A DNA stretch of 59,910 nucleotides, filler included, from 6 parts of 6 records of this genome joined end to end with filler, not necessarily neighbours in it, one strand, 5' to 3'. Positions 10,566 through 21,719 are shown, counted from the whole stretch's first letter. The notes: generated by a model not told the origin, from the sequence alone. A program made the numbers and translations.

Positions 10566-11744
10566 ATTGCCCTTTGGTGGTACAAAAGCAAGGCGTCCCT
10601 GCAATATCTGTGAGTAGAGCTCCAGGTAACTGCCAGCCATGTTTTCGGTGGTGTTTTGACAGCCATAGCCCGACTGCCAAACGCGAATATCCTCGCACCG
10701 GTCCAGATACCCTTCATGGTCTGCAAGAATGCCCTGCATCTGAGCAAACACTTTTTCTGGATCACAAGAGGGTAAAAGCCATCCCCCGCCATGCCTACGG
10801 ATGCGTTCTCCTACTGCCCCTAAATCAATAGCGATGGTCGGGATGCCGCTGGCCCAAAGCTCCGTAAGAGTATGGCAATACGTTTCAGGCCAGATGGAGA
10901 AAACAAGCCCTACATATGGCCTAATTTCCGCCACCTTGCCCTGGAAATCCTCACGTTTGTAGGAACCATGCTGGATCCCGATCTGAGGCGTCTGGTGATT
11001 CTTAACACCAATGAAATGAAATTCGAACTGTTTTTCGGTATCAAGTTCATAAATGCTGGAAAGAAGCCCGGCACCTTTGTGAATACCAATATTTCCGGGA
11101 ACAAGCAGCCTATACGGCGGTTCGATAGGGGTTCTTGGAGCTTGGGGAGGGACAAACTTATTAAAACTTCGACCATGGGGAATTACCCGAAAAGGCTTGA
11201 ACGGCGGGAGTTCGAGCTTGTCTTGGATCAGCTGTTTGGCCGATTCCGATGTAGTGACATAAGCATCGCACATGGCCAACATTTCCGTCATTTTTGTACG
11301 CCAGCGCCCAACAAACGATTCACCCAAAAGAGAAGGCATCTCCCCCTGCCATCTGAGTGCTGTGCAGTATTCATCATTTGCCCTATGGCAATCGCCACCA
11401 CAATATTGATTTCCGGCATCAACAAGGTTCACATTAGGACAAAGCGTGTAAAAGTCATGGAGGGAAAATACCACCGGAATATTGAGCGAAACGGCAAGGC
11501 GAGGCAATTCCAAACCATGCCAAGAAACATGACGGATGTGTACTAATTCAATGCAATGCTTGATGAGCCACTGATATACATGCTGATCATATCCCCGCGA
11601 TCTATGGCTCAGGAATCGCACCCGTTTGTGCAGCACGGTGCTCTCAACCTCCTCCAAAACACCATTCTTAAGTCTGGACAAGGTGACCACCTCTGAATCA
11701 CAAACCAGCAGAAAAGCCTCGTAACGGTGGGACACAGCAGACAT
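10464..11744 (-). CDS. Glycosyltransferase family 4 domain (C-terminal part of a probable GT2-GT4 fusion)
   Basis: HDFYTLCP, GNIGIHKG, SIWPETYCHTLTE and GAVGERI motifs. The upstream in-frame sequence PRILFVISTTTGGTPQINQDL overlaps the end of the GT2 ORF. Confidence 0.85.
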   Translation of the reverse strand: MSAVSHRYEAFLLVCDSEVVTLSRLKNGVLEEVESTVLHKRVRFLSHRSRGYDQHVYQWLIKHCIELVHIRHVSWHGLELPRLAVSLNIPVVFSLHDFYTLCPNVNLVDAGNQYCGGDCHRANDEYCTALRWQGEMPSLLGESFVGRWRTKMTEMLAMCDAYVTTSESAKQLIQDKLELPPFKPFRVIPHGRSFNKFVPPQAPRTPIEPPYRLLVPGNIGIHKGAGLLSSIYELDTEKQFEFHFIGVKNHQTPQIGIQHGSYKREDFQGKVAEIRPYVGLVFSIWPETYCHTLTELWASGIPTIAIDLGAVGERIRRHGGGWLLPSCDPEKVFAQMQGILADHEGYLDRCEDIRVWQSGYGCQNTTENMAGSYLELYSQILQGRLAFVPPKGNMMIDLTDIDCLDFGPTKGRDRTRHRQRPWHSLL

Positions 11745-11754
11745 GAGATCCTGA

Positions 11755-12960
11755 TTAATCTGAGGCGTTCCACCTGTCGTGGTGGAAATGACAAACAGGA
11801 TCCGAGGCCGAGGTTTTCTTTCCCCGGACCACCTTCCGCACAGATTGTTCTAAAACCGAACGGGCAGAGTCCATTGCAAAGGACCGCAAGAATTCCTCCA
11901 CCAACTGCGGATACTCGGGGTAGCGTGAGACAACTTCGGCGCGGCCAAGTTCCAGAAGATTGGCCTTTTCCTCGCCAAAACTAGCATTTCGCGCATGATG
12001 CACATAGGTTCTAGTATCGACCACATGACGCCAGCCACGGTCAAGAGCCCGCAAACACAGGTCGTTTTCTTCACCATAGCCCCTGGGAAAACGCTTTTCA
12101 TCAAACAGTCCTATATCATCAATCATTGCACGTCTGAGATATAAACAAAACCCGTTTCCTGTCGGCGCTTCCGGGTAGTAACCGAGAAAGGCGCGACTGG
12201 CCAAGCGGGCAACTTCCTCTAACGAGAGGTCCGCGGGAATCTCATTGGGGCCTGGCTCTGGTGCGCTGAAGGCTCCCGCGTTGTCCGAAAGTGGCGTGGC
12301 TGAGCCAATATCGTGCGCACTGTAAACAGCTAAGCGCAGCCCATCGAGCCAGCATTGTGAAACCTGAGTATCGGAATTCAGCAGGACCACATCGTCCTTT
12401 CCCGACATGGTAATACCGAGGTTGACGGTAGCAGTATAGCCCAAATTGGCGCTGTTTTGGTGAACCTTTGCGCCAAGCTTACCGTAGTGGTCAAGAAGTT
12501 CTTTCATCCTTTTATCGGTGCTAGCGTCATCGATAAGGAGCAATGTTGCAGGTTTCGAGGTATGTTCAATAACAGAGTCAATGCAACGCTGCACATGATC
12601 GAAGGCATTGTAAATCGGGACAATAACAGTAACGGGAGGTAGAGTAGGTGGATTGCTGGGAGGTGTAGTCAATTCCCATGGAAAGCAATGGGCAAACTTT
12701 AGAGCCGGAAACTCAAAATTATTCTCAAAGGCTGGCGAGGAAGAGTTGCGTGTGATTTTATATTGAGCGTAACGCTTGCGCAACCAAAAATAAAACCTTT
12801 TTGCATGCAATTCAAATGGCGGAGGCAAGTGAGAGAGCAGGCGCTTGGCAGTATGTAGGAATTGCGAGTTGCGGTGAGGGTCAGCGAACAATATAATAAT
12901 TCTTCCTAAGGTTGCGGATAACTTATATGAGCTGTTCTGCTCATTTTTCCATAGCTTCAC
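11755..12960 (-). CDS. Glycosyltransferase family 2 domain (N-terminal part of a probable GT2-GT4 fusion, frameshift near 11815)
   Basis: VIVPIYNA, IDDASTD, NLGYTATVN, LLNSDT and GYGEENDLC motifs. Confidence 0.87.
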   Translation of the reverse strand: MKLWKNEQNSSYKLSATLGRIIILFADPHRNSQFLHTAKRLLSHLPPPFELHAKRFYFWLRKRYAQYKITRNSSSPAFENNFEFPALKFAHCFPWELTTPPSNPPTLPPVTVIVPIYNAFDHVQRCIDSVIEHTSKPATLLLIDDASTDKRMKELLDHYGKLGAKVHQNSANLGYTATVNLGITMSGKDDVVLLNSDTQVSQCWLDGLRLAVYSAHDIGSATPLSDNAGAFSAPEPGPNEIPADLSLEEVARLASRAFLGYYPEAPTGNGFCLYLRRAMIDDIGLFDEKRFPRGYGEENDLCLRALDRGWRHVVDTRTYVHHARNASFGEEKANLLELGRAEVVSRYPEYPQLVEEFLRSFAMDSARSVLEQSVRKVVRGKKTSASDPVCHFHHDRWNASD

Positions 12961-13209
12961 AGCTTAAATCATCCGAATTTGCAGGAAACATGGAAATGAG
13001 CACAATTTATTGGAAGTTACGAACCTGAGTATGACCTCCCAAAACTTTTTCCCTTTCGAAATGTCACAACCTGGTGTGATTGGCAAGTACCCCCAGAATA
13101 ATACTATCCCAAACCGTTCGTAACATAAATCATCTAGTTAAAGCACAAGAAACCATTCACAGAACGACATCCAAGATCAGCATCACAGCTCCAGCCGCCA
13201 AAAATCGCC

Positions 13210-13749
13210 TTACCATTCCACTTCACAAAATAGGGCTCCTTTAGCATCCTTGATAGACAAAACCGGTGCATTTGAAAGAGGCCATTTAATATTAATTACA
13301 GGATCATCCCATCTGATGGCCCGCTCAAACTCCGGCGCGTAATAATCCGATGTCTTGTACAAAATTTCCGCTATATCAGATAATACAAGGAATCCGTGTG
13401 CGAAACCTTCGGGAACCCAGAGTTGGCGCTTATTTTCAGCGGAAAGCGAAAAACCAACCCATCGTCCAAAAGTCGAAGAATTTTTCCGGATATCAACCGC
13501 AACATCGAAAACTTCGCCTGCAATACACCGTACGAGCTTTCCCTGAGGGTGCCGGACCTGGTAGTGTAGCCCTCGCAATACATTTTTCACCGAACGGGAA
13601 TGGTTATCCTGAACAAAGCTTGGCTTAAGACCAGTGGCTTTCTCGAATTCCCGCTGATTGAAGCTTTCAAAAAAGAAACCGCGGTCGTCACCGAACACTT
13701 TCGGCTCCAGGATAAGAACATCGGGAATCGCGGTCGAAACGACATTCAT
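13210..13749 (-). CDS. rfbC: dTDP-4-dehydrorhamnose 3,5-epimerase
   Basis: FGDDRGFFFESF, QDNHSRS..VLRGLHYQ, GFAHGF. Confidence 0.96.
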   Translation of the reverse strand: MNVVSTAIPDVLILEPKVFGDDRGFFFESFNQREFEKATGLKPSFVQDNHSRSVKNVLRGLHYQVRHPQGKLVRCIAGEVFDVAVDIRKNSSTFGRWVGFSLSAENKRQLWVPEGFAHGFLVLSDIAEILYKTSDYYAPEFERAIRWDDPVINIKWPLSNAPVLSIKDAKGALFCEVEW

Positions 13750-13751
13750 GA

Positions 13752-14633
13752 TCAGTATCCCTCTCGCAGAACCATTTCTAGGTAGGTCCGATAGGATGAG
13801 TTGGGGATTTTTTCAATCACTTGTTCGAACCTTTTTCGGTTCATAAACCCTTTGTGCAGAGCTATCTCCTCGAGACAGGCAATCTTCAGCCCCTGGCGCT
13901 GCTCCAGAGTATAGATGAAATGCCCGGCCTCCAGAAGGCTTTCGTGGGTCCCGGTGTCCAGCCAGGCGATACCACGCCCGAGTTTCTCAACCATAAGCTG
14001 ACCTTGCCGCATGTATTCAAGGTTTACATCGGTTATCTCAAGTTCGCCCCGCGCCGAGGGCTGCAGATTTTTTGCAATCTCAACCACCTGCCGATCATAC
14101 AGATAAAGTCCCGGCACTGCATAATTCGACTTGGGCTTGGCCGGCTTTTCCTCAATATCGAAAGCCTTGCCCTCCCGGTCGAAGCTGACTACGCCGTAGC
14201 GTTGTGGATCCTGGACAGGGTAGCCGAAAATCCAGGCTCCGGAAGTCAGGGACGCTGCAATCCTTTCCAGCCCCATTCTCCCATAAAAAATATTGTCGCC
14301 CAGGATAAGGCAGACCGGCTCGTTGTCGATGAACTCCTCACCTACCAGAAACGCCTGGGCAATCCCTTTAGGTTCGGCCTGTACGGCATAGCTCAGCTTG
14401 ATCCCAAACTGGCTGCCATCACCAAGAAGAGCCTCAAAGCGGGGAGTATCGTGGGGAGTGGAAATGATCAGGATGTCATTGATCCCTGCCACCATCAGGG
14501 TAGAAAGCGGATAGTAGATCATCGGTTTGTCATAGACCGGCTGCAACTGCTTGCTGGCAACACTGGTCAGGGGATAAAGCCGTGTTCCGGCACCACCAGC
14601 CAGAACAATACCTTTCCGAATGCCTGTTGTCAT
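13752..14633 (-). CDS. rfbA: Glucose-1-phosphate thymidylyltransferase
   Basis: [47 protein letters not shown]. Start placed at ATG 14633, overlapping the rfbD stop (ATGA). Confidence 0.96.
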   Translation of the reverse strand: MTTGIRKGIVLAGGAGTRLYPLTSVASKQLQPVYDKPMIYYPLSTLMVAGINDILIISTPHDTPRFEALLGDGSQFGIKLSYAVQAEPKGIAQAFLVGEEFIDNEPVCLILGDNIFYGRMGLERIAASLTSGAWIFGYPVQDPQRYGVVSFDREGKAFDIEEKPAKPKSNYAVPGLYLYDRQVVEIAKNLQPSARGELEITDVNLEYMRQGQLMVEKLGRGIAWLDTGTHESLLEAGHFIYTLEQRQGLKIACLEEIALHKGFMNRKRFEQVIEKIPNSSYRTYLEMVLREGY

Positions 14634-15534
14634 GTCTTTCCTCTCTGCAGGGATACCTTGTTCCCAAGACACCGATCGAGATAACGGTTGAGCCCATCCT
14701 GCCAATTGGGTACGTTTTGCCCCGTCACAGCGCAGTATTTCTGTTTGGAGAGAAGTGAAAAAGCCGGGCGCGACGCCGGCAAAGGATAGTCCTTCGTGGT
14801 TATTGGCAGGATTTCTTTTGCACGCAGTTCCACACCCCGCTCCCGGGCTCCTTGTACAATGGCACAGGCGAACTCATACCAGCTGCAGAAACCTTCATTG
14901 GAGAAATGATAAAGACCGTATGCTTCAGTTTTTAACAACTCCACAATAGCCACGCCCAAGTCATCCGTCAGGGTCGGATTCCCGGTTTGATCAGCTACGA
15001 CACGAAGCTCTTCACGTTCACCCGCCAGACGCAGAATTGTTTCAACGAAATTTTTGCCGCCGGGGCCGTAAAGCCAGCTGGTCCGGATTATGAAAAAACG
15101 CTTCAGGCCACTATCAAAATTGAGCTTTCCCCCGCCAGTTTGGAACGCCCGTAAGCTGACTGGGGAGACGGTGCATCCTCTTCAGAATAAGGGGTTTGGC
15201 TGCGGCCATCAAAGACATAGTCGGTGGATATGTGTATCAGAGTGGCGTCGCTCTCCAGAGCTAGAGCGGCCAGAAGTGCCGGCCCTTCACCATTGATGCG
15301 GGTGGCTACCACTTCTTCACTTTCACAGGTATCCACGGCGGTGAAAGCGCCGCAATTGATGATAATATCGGGCTCAGCCTTGCGAAGATGGGTTTCGACA
15401 GACGAAGGTTTAAGAAAATCAAAACCGGGATAGTTGAGCTCTTCCACGTCAAAATGGGCCAGGACTGTGGAAAGGACCATCTGTCCGAGCATGCCCTGGC
15501 TACCGATTAGAGCTATACGCTTCCGCTTCTCCAC
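14630..15534 (-). CDS. rfbD: dTDP-4-dehydrorhamnose reductase (one apparent 1-nt frameshift near 15115)
   Basis: [26 protein letters not shown]. After the shift it reads [30 protein letters not shown]. Confidence 0.9.
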
Positions 15535-15536
15535 CT

Positions 15537-16601
15537 CTAGCGCCCTTCGTACATGGTTTCGTAATAGGCTTGATAGGAGCCATCCAGCACACCCTGCAGC
15601 CAGTCGTTGTTCTCAAGGTACCAGGCAATAGTGCGACGGATCCCTTCCTCAAACGACACTTCAGGCTCCCAACCCAATTCGGAGTAAATTTTATTGGCGT
15701 CTATGGCATAGCGCTGGTCATGGCCGGGACGATCCTGAACAAAACGGATCAGACTGGTACGCGGCAGGCCGCTGGAAAGGGGATCTACCATTTCATCCAA
15801 AAGCAGGCAGATAGCCGAAACAATTTCAATGTTCTGTTTTTCATTGTTGCCGCCGATATTGTACGTCTCGCCAAGCTGCCCCTTTTCCAATACGGTCCGG
15901 ATCGCCCGACAGTGGTCCTCGACAAACAGCCAGTCACGAACATTTTTCCCGTCTCCGTAAACCGGAAGTTCCTTGCCGTTGAGAGCGTTATTGATGATCA
16001 GGGGGATGAGTTTTTCCGGAAACTGATACGGACCGTAATTGTTGGAGCAATTGGTGGTCACCACGGGCAACCCGTAGGTATGATAATAGGCTCTGGCCAG
16101 ATGGTCGAGAGCTTTGCTAGCCGAATAGGGGGAACGGGGATCATACGGTGTGGTTTCAGTAAAAAAACCGGTTTCTCCCAAGGAGCCGTAAACCTCATCG
16201 GTGCTGACATGGATGAAACGGCACAGGGAAATATCCCGTGATGCCCCCAGCCACGCCTCCCGAGCTGCTTCAAGAAGAACAAAAGTACCGACAACATTGG
16301 TATGGATGAAAGCGGCCGGTCCCGTGATGCTGCGGTCGACGTGTGACTCGGCAGCAAAGTGGATTACTGTTTCAACCGACTCTTCGGCGAAAAGTCGGTT
16401 AACCAGATCCGCATCACAAATATCCCCATGAACAAAACGATAATGGGCGTCCCCTTCCAGTTCCGTCAGATTAGAAGGATTGCCCGCATAGGTTAATTTA
16501 TCAAGATTGACGATACGAAAGCTGGATTCATTTTCAAGAACATAACGGATGAAGTTGGACCCGATAAAGCCGCAACCACCTGTGACCAGCATGGTTTTCA
16601 A
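15537..16601 (-). CDS. rfbB: dTDP-glucose 4,6-dehydratase
   Basis: VTGGCGFIGSNF, HFAAESHVDRSI, HVSTDEVYG, YSASK, NNYGPYQFPEKLIP. Confidence 0.96.
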   Translation of the reverse strand: MKTMLVTGGCGFIGSNFIRYVLENESSFRIVNLDKLTYAGNPSNLTELEGDAHYRFVHGDICDADLVNRLFAEESVETVIHFAAESHVDRSITGPAAFIHTNVVGTFVLLEAAREAWLGASRDISLCRFIHVSTDEVYGSLGETGFFTETTPYDPRSPYSASKALDHLARAYYHTYGLPVVTTNCSNNYGPYQFPEKLIPLIINNALNGKELPVYGDGKNVRDWLFVEDHCRAIRTVLEKGQLGETYNIGGNNEKQNIEIVSAICLLLDEMVDPLSSGLPRTSLIRFVQDRPGHDQRYAIDANKIYSELGWEPEVSFEEGIRRTIAWYLENNDWLQGVLDGSYQAYYETMYEGR

Positions 16602-16846
16602 ACTAAACCTCCTGCCACATCAGCCCCGGTACAAACCATCCCATTTTTCAGCTGACCAGCTTCTCGGGAAACACCTTCATGGCGTGGGGGAAGAGGCGCA
16701 TTTAAACCATTGTTCAACAAGTTATCACCTTGGGGAATTTTTTGAACAACGCCGTTACTGAGAGAAGGAGTCCTTTTAATAGTAACCATCGAAGAAAAAC
16801 ATATCACAGAAGTTGATGGTTTATCTACCATAAATAACTGATTTTA

Positions 16847-17251
16847 CTACTCCCACTCAATAGTGGCCGGAGGCTTACTGGAAATATCGTAAACCACCCG
16901 GTTCACTCCCCGAACCTCGTTGATGATACGGTTACTGATACGGGACATGATGGCATAGGGAAGCGGATACCATTCGGCAGTCATAAAGTCTTTCGTCTCC
17001 ACGGCGCGCAAGGAGATGACAAACTCGTAGGTTCTGCCATCTCCCATAACCCCGACACTTTTGACCGGCAGAAACACGGCAAAAGCCTGGCTGATCTTGT
17101 CGTAATGGCCGGTGCGGCGCAGCTCGTCAATATAAATAGCGTCGGCATAACGCAGGGTATCGGCATATTCTTTTTTGATTTCCCCCAGGATGCGGACACC
17201 CAGCCCCGGCCCCGGGAAAGGATGACGATAGACCAGCTGATGAGGAAGTCC
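16847..17251 (-). CDS. guaA: GMP synthase (glutamine-hydrolysing), C-terminal part
   Basis: [15 protein letters not shown]...[11 protein letters not shown]...[19 protein letters not shown]. The 5' part is lost at the spacer. Confidence 0.95.
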   Translation of the reverse strand, partial: GLPHQLVYRHPFPGPGLGVRILGEIKKEYADTLRYADAIYIDELRRTGHYDKISQAFAVFLPVKSVGVMGDGRTYEFVISLRAVETKDFMTAEWYPLPYAIMSRISNRIINEVRGVNRVVYDISSKPPATIEWE

Positions 17252-17351
17252 NNNNNNNNNNNNNNNNNNNNNNNNNNNNNNNNNNNNNNNNNNNNTTAAT
17301 TAATTAANNNNNNNNNNNNNNNNNNNNNNNNNNNNNNNNNNNNNNNNNNNN
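17252..17351. other. Artificial contig-joining spacer
   Basis: N44-TTAATTAATTAA-N44. Confidence 0.97.
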
Positions 17352-17549
17352 ACGTTCCAAACGGTAAACACGATTCAGGTTTAATGGATCACCTGTTTCT
17401 GTGGTATCGCCCTGAACTGCAAGGTTTAATGTTTCATAACCTTGTGGTACATCCAATGTATCGGGTTCCTGAGCAAATGTGTTTCCAGAAAGAACAAATA
17501 AAACAGATAAGGTAATAATCATCATTATTGGTAAAAAATATCGTGTCAT
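17352..17549 (-). CDS. Secreted protein, N-terminal fragment, paralogue of 25997-27595
   Basis: Signal peptide then QEPDTLDVPQGYETLNLAVQGDTTETGDPLNLNRVYRLER, matching QEPRIVNV..LNKTIDGDTTATGERVDMNTVYVLER. RBS GAAGGAG. Confidence 0.75.
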
Positions 17550-17612
17550 TACATATCTCCTTCATGTTAAATGTTCTTATTGTTTACCACTTTAATAGAA
17601 ACTGCCTTTACT

Positions 17613-17622
17613 GCCTCCTTTC
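17613..17622 (-). promoter_or_regulatory. Orphan Shine-Dalgarno-like motif GAAAGGAGGC in the receptor-partner intergenic region
   Basis: The same 10-mer occurs at the equivalent position in the paralogous module (25918-25927). No start codon at RBS spacing. Confidence 0.4.
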
Positions 17623-17705
17623 AAATAAACAAAATCCAATGTGTCTTTATAAGTATAGGTAATTACCACCTCCCCTCAATGATAAATTAATTCATATAAA
17701 TAGAT

Positions 17706-20615
17706 TTAAAAGGCATAACCAATTCCGAGATCTGTCGTCCAACTATAATACTCCTGGTTTGTCAGGAAGCGTTTTGTTTGCTGATAAGATTCATCCGGTT
17801 CGTTGGTGATATTATTCCAGTTAAAAAAGATCCCAATGTGACGGGTTAATCTGTATTTAACCGACAAATCCCATCGAATGAGATCTGCCGTAAATCCATC
17901 CAGTTCCGGACGTTCACCCACGCTGGACAGGGTTTTGCCCTGATAGAGCATGGATAGTCTGGCGGACAACGGTCCTTTATCATAGCCAAGAGATATGTTT
18001 GCAATATCATCAGCCTGATCTGGCATATCGCCAACCCGAAAAGTGTCAATCACTGTAGTTTTTACAAAAGGAAATACAGGAATCTTTTCCTGTTGTACCA
18101 GTGACCTTGGGAATCGTGTTTCTGACCAGATATGCGTGTAATTTGCATTGAGCACAATTCCATCCAATGGGCTGGGTAGCCAATGAAAATTGGTTTGCCA
18201 TTCAACTTCCCAACCTCTTATTTTGGTCAAATTCGGATTGTTTTCAGGTTGATCCAGAGTCAAACCCTGCAAATCCGAAGTAAATCCCTCCTCTTCTGCA
18301 TTCAAAATTTTATGGCCTTCTCTTTGAAAAATCAGATCAGAAATCTCTTTATAAAATCCACCAAAAGTCATCAACCCAAGATTATTGCTATATAATGACA
18401 AAAAGATATCATAGTTTGTTGAAATCTGCGGTTCAAGATCCGGACGGCCGAATTGGACTGTTTGTGCTGAGCCAAGAACCTTTTTCATTGGCAGCATATA
18501 ATCCAACCGAGGACGTGAAAGTGTTTTAGTGTAAGCAACTCTAACATCAAACCAATCAGTGGGTTTTACCCGAGCGTGTATCATTGGAAACCAGCGGCCA
18601 TAAGAATTCGTAGCTGTCGTATCGAATACTGTTGGATCACTCAGATCCGGCTCATCACTTTCATTTCCAACCCATCCTTTTCGCCCTGTCATATCAGCAG
18701 TCGTGCGCTCGTAACGAACACCTGGCAAAATCATTAAAAACCGCCCAATATTTATTTCCGACATGATATATCCTGCTGAAACTTCTTCAACTGTTTCATA
18801 ATCATCCAAATCAGCAGATGTTCTATAATTATATGACGAATCCAAAAGAAATGAAGTCAACAAATGATTTATTTCTTCACCATTAAGTCCAGGGCCAAAA
18901 TCATATGCACCGTCAAGAAACTTTTCTGCATCAAAATTTTCATCTAAATAATTCGAGACAGCAGGCCACCCGGTAGCAACCTTTTCATACTCAAATCCGG
19001 GTGTTCCATACTTTGTATGATATAATTCGAATTTAGGATCAGTATTATCCAGGCGATCGCTTGCCATGTTACTATCACGATCTTTGGATTTGTTTACGTA
19101 CTTGCCTCCCATTTTAATAAAACCAGCGATATTATTTGACAGCGTATAGGGGATTCTTAGATTTATTTGAGAGGCATAATCCCTTTCAAAAGCCTTTTCT
19201 GTATAAAAATCACCCTGGTATAAACTCATATTATCATAATTATGATTTGCTGCTTCAATTAATACATCCGGACCAAAATTTTCAGCTGGAATCACACTTT
19301 GGTCAAATGCAGATCTTTCCTTAAAACGAATACGACTATGGAATGGATGGCGGGTTAACGATGCATTTCGTGATATACGCCAATCCAGTTCACCCAAACC
19401 TAAACTATGTTTTCCCGAAAGGGCATTTGACAAAACATCAATTTGCCGTTGACGATCCCGGAATCGTAGTTCATGCCAATTGCTGTCTTCACTGTATCTA
19501 TTTATGTTAATATTTTCGTCCCTGTCTAACCGACTCATGAAATTACTGAACATTATTTTACCGTTGGGCAGCCGGTAATCCATTAAAACACTAAATCCGG
19601 ATCGCTCTCGTATTTCATCCACATGTTCGAGATTTATAGAACTCACTCCAATGGGTGCTGTTTCCTCACCTTCTCTCTTTTCCCGAATGACAGTATAACT
19701 TGCATCAAACTGATCAGCACCTCGTTGAGCTCGCTCCATATTCCCCGTCACCATAATACCTAATCTTTCATTCAAAAACCGGTTGCTTAAGGTAAGGCTT
19801 CCCTTATATTGACCGAATTCACTGCGCTGATCATTGTATCCTTCCTGAAATCGGAAATTATAACGAAATCCACTTGGAGCGTCCGCCAGCTGAAAGTTTA
19901 CTGTACCGCCAAATGCATCTGCGTCCTGGTCTGGAGTTAAGGCTTTCGTCACTTCAATGCCGGCTAGAATTTCAGGAGAAATCATATTCAAATCTACACT
20001 TCGATCATCCAGATCCGTTGCGGGTATTTTTTCTCCACCAATAGTGATGGCATTATAAGTAGGCGCTAATCCACGAATCACAACTCTGTTACCTTCTCCG
20101 CCACTGCGCTTTATTGAAATACCAGGCAAACGACCAACGGATTCTGCGGCATTGGCATCCGGGAGTTCCATGATACGTTCAGCGGAAACAACATTTTTAA
20201 TCGTATTTGATCTCAACTGCTGGTTAATAGCAGCAACCTGTCCTTCAGCTTGAGCTGTAATGGTCACCGTTTCACCCTCAACCACATCAAAATCGAGTTC
20301 CAAATCGATATTTTTGGTTTCATCGAGATTGATACTGACCCTCTGTGCCTTTTCCTTATAACCAATAAATGTCACTTTAATCGTATAGGAACCGGGTGGA
20401 ATCCGTAAAATCTGATAGTTTCCTTTTAAATCCGATGCGGCACCAATGGCTGTGCCATCAAGATAGACGTTTGCACCTGGTAGTGGATCACCAGTTTGGG
20501 CATCGACCACCTTGCCAATGATTTTGCCAGCTGCGGTAGCTATGGAGTGAGTTGATAAAATTACAAGGGAGGAAATGATGAGTAGTAAAATCAATCTGTT
20601 TGTTATAGAATTCAC
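17706..20615 (-). CDS. TonB-dependent receptor with N-terminal carboxypeptidase-regulatory-like domain (non-SusC type)
   Basis: Signal peptide, GKVVDAQTGDPLPGANV domain, plug ELPDANAAESVGRLPGISI..IRG, C-terminal aromatic (GIGYAF). GTG start with GGAG RBS. Confidence 0.92.
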   Translation of the reverse strand: MNSITNRLILLLIISSLVILSTHSIATAAGKIIGKVVDAQTGDPLPGANVYLDGTAIGAASDLKGNYQILRIPPGSYTIKVTFIGYKEKAQRVSINLDETKNIDLELDFDVVEGETVTITAQAEGQVAAINQQLRSNTIKNVVSAERIMELPDANAAESVGRLPGISIKRSGGEGNRVVIRGLAPTYNAITIGGEKIPATDLDDRSVDLNMISPEILAGIEVTKALTPDQDADAFGGTVNFQLADAPSGFRYNFRFQEGYNDQRSEFGQYKGSLTLSNRFLNERLGIMVTGNMERAQRGADQFDASYTVIREKREGEETAPIGVSSINLEHVDEIRERSGFSVLMDYRLPNGKIMFSNFMSRLDRDENININRYSEDSNWHELRFRDRQRQIDVLSNALSGKHSLGLGELDWRISRNASLTRHPFHSRIRFKERSAFDQSVIPAENFGPDVLIEAANHNYDNMSLYQGDFYTEKAFERDYASQINLRIPYTLSNNIAGFIKMGGKYVNKSKDRDSNMASDRLDNTDPKFELYHTKYGTPGFEYEKVATGWPAVSNYLDENFDAEKFLDGAYDFGPGLNGEEINHLLTSFLLDSSYNYRTSADLDDYETVEEVSAGYIMSEINIGRFLMILPGVRYERTTADMTGRKGWVGNESDEPDLSDPTVFDTTATNSYGRWFPMIHARVKPTDWFDVRVAYTKTLSRPRLDYMLPMKKVLGSAQTVQFGRPDLEPQISTNYDIFLSLYSNNLGLMTFGGFYKEISDLIFQREGHKILNAEEEGFTSDLQGLTLDQPENNPNLTKIRGWEVEWQTNFHWLPSPLDGIVLNANYTHIWSETRFPRSLVQQEKIPVFPFVKTTVIDTFRVGDMPDQADDIANISLGYDKGPLSARLSMLYQGKTLSSVGERPELDGFTADLIRWDLSVKYRLTRHIGIFFNWNNITNEPDESYQQTKRFLTNQEYYSWTTDLGIGYAF

Positions 20616-21666
20616 AATAAACTCCTATCTTTTATTTCAGAAACATCAGAGGTGTTGATTATGAGCTTTGAATTTGAGATTCTATTCCAAAAAGTAACTA
20701 TTTTACAACATGGTATTAAATAATAAAATAAGCAGGAAATTAACAAATACTAAATTTAGAATTGATAATATTTAGGGACATCATTAAAAAAACAAAAAAT
20801 TACAGCAGGTGTTTAGGTACACAGTGATACCGATCTTGTATAATTCTCATCCAAACCGTTCAACAAATCAATTATATTTTCAATGAGACAGACCATTAAA
20901 TCCTGAAAAGGCAGTATAAAAATAAGCAATTAAAGACTGCAAAGAATAAAAATTTAAAGGAAACTTTTTACTCCTATAGATTTCACAAAAAAACTTTCGT
21001 TGTTTTATTTTAAATTCAGTTTGCAGAAAGTTGTTTTCTAAAATTTTATAAAGCTCTAGATTCGTAAAAAAGAACAACTAATAATTAAAACGATTCATAT
21101 TTCAATATTATTCGCAAATAAAATAAGAATTATTGTAAAACATAATCAAACAAATATTAACACACAAGCCAAATATTAAAATAAAAAACATAATGCAACA
21201 TCAAATTGAATAAAAAAGTGAACAGCTCATAATTTTATCTGACAATTTGATAGATTCAAAACGTGCATTTCGCTTCTTTGCTAAATAATATAATTAAAGA
21301 ATCATGAAAGTCAAGACAAAACGATATTTAAGGTCATGAAAATATTTATACAACGTTATTTTTTGATAGTGAAAATGAAGCTTATTTGATAAAATATAGT
21401 TAAATACATTCAAAAAATAAAACTGAAAAAAAAATAATAAAATCTCACTTTGCAATTTCACCAATTAATCGTTAAAAAGTGATAAAGAAAAAAACTTTTT
21501 CATTGGCTTTACTTAAAAATCAGAAACTCTGATTGTGTTATCAAATAATCTAAATCACAGTTATATTAACAATCATCTAAAACATCCTACGGAAAGATGT
21601 CTATCATTTTTGTAGCTCCATAACCAGACGGTCGCGTTCAAACCATTTCATGTGATTAGATTTTAC

Positions 21667-21719
21667 TTGACAATTAAAAATAAAATCACTAAATATTAAT
21701 GCAACCAGGTATACCTAGT
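21667..21719 (+). promoter_or_regulatory. Sigma70-like promoter followed by palindromic operator candidate ACCAGGTATACCTAGT
   Basis: TTGACA at 21667-21672, AT-rich -10-like TAAATA at 17-nt spacing, perfect palindrome AGGTATACCT at 21707-21716 just ahead of the likely regulator start. Confidence 0.5.

Noticed and set aside
13016-13124. 9-bp inverted repeat GTTACGAAC/GTTCGTAAC as a MITE
   Set aside because: Too short, single occurrence, no target-site duplication seen.
7208-15534. Programmed frameshifting or phase variation of the polysaccharide genes
   Set aside because: No long slippery tracts, and the same deletion pattern appears in unrelated contigs, so error is more likely.
16598-16831. 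77-aa ORF between guaA and rfbB
   Set aside because: No recognisable motif or RBS. More likely the promoter/leader region of rfbB.
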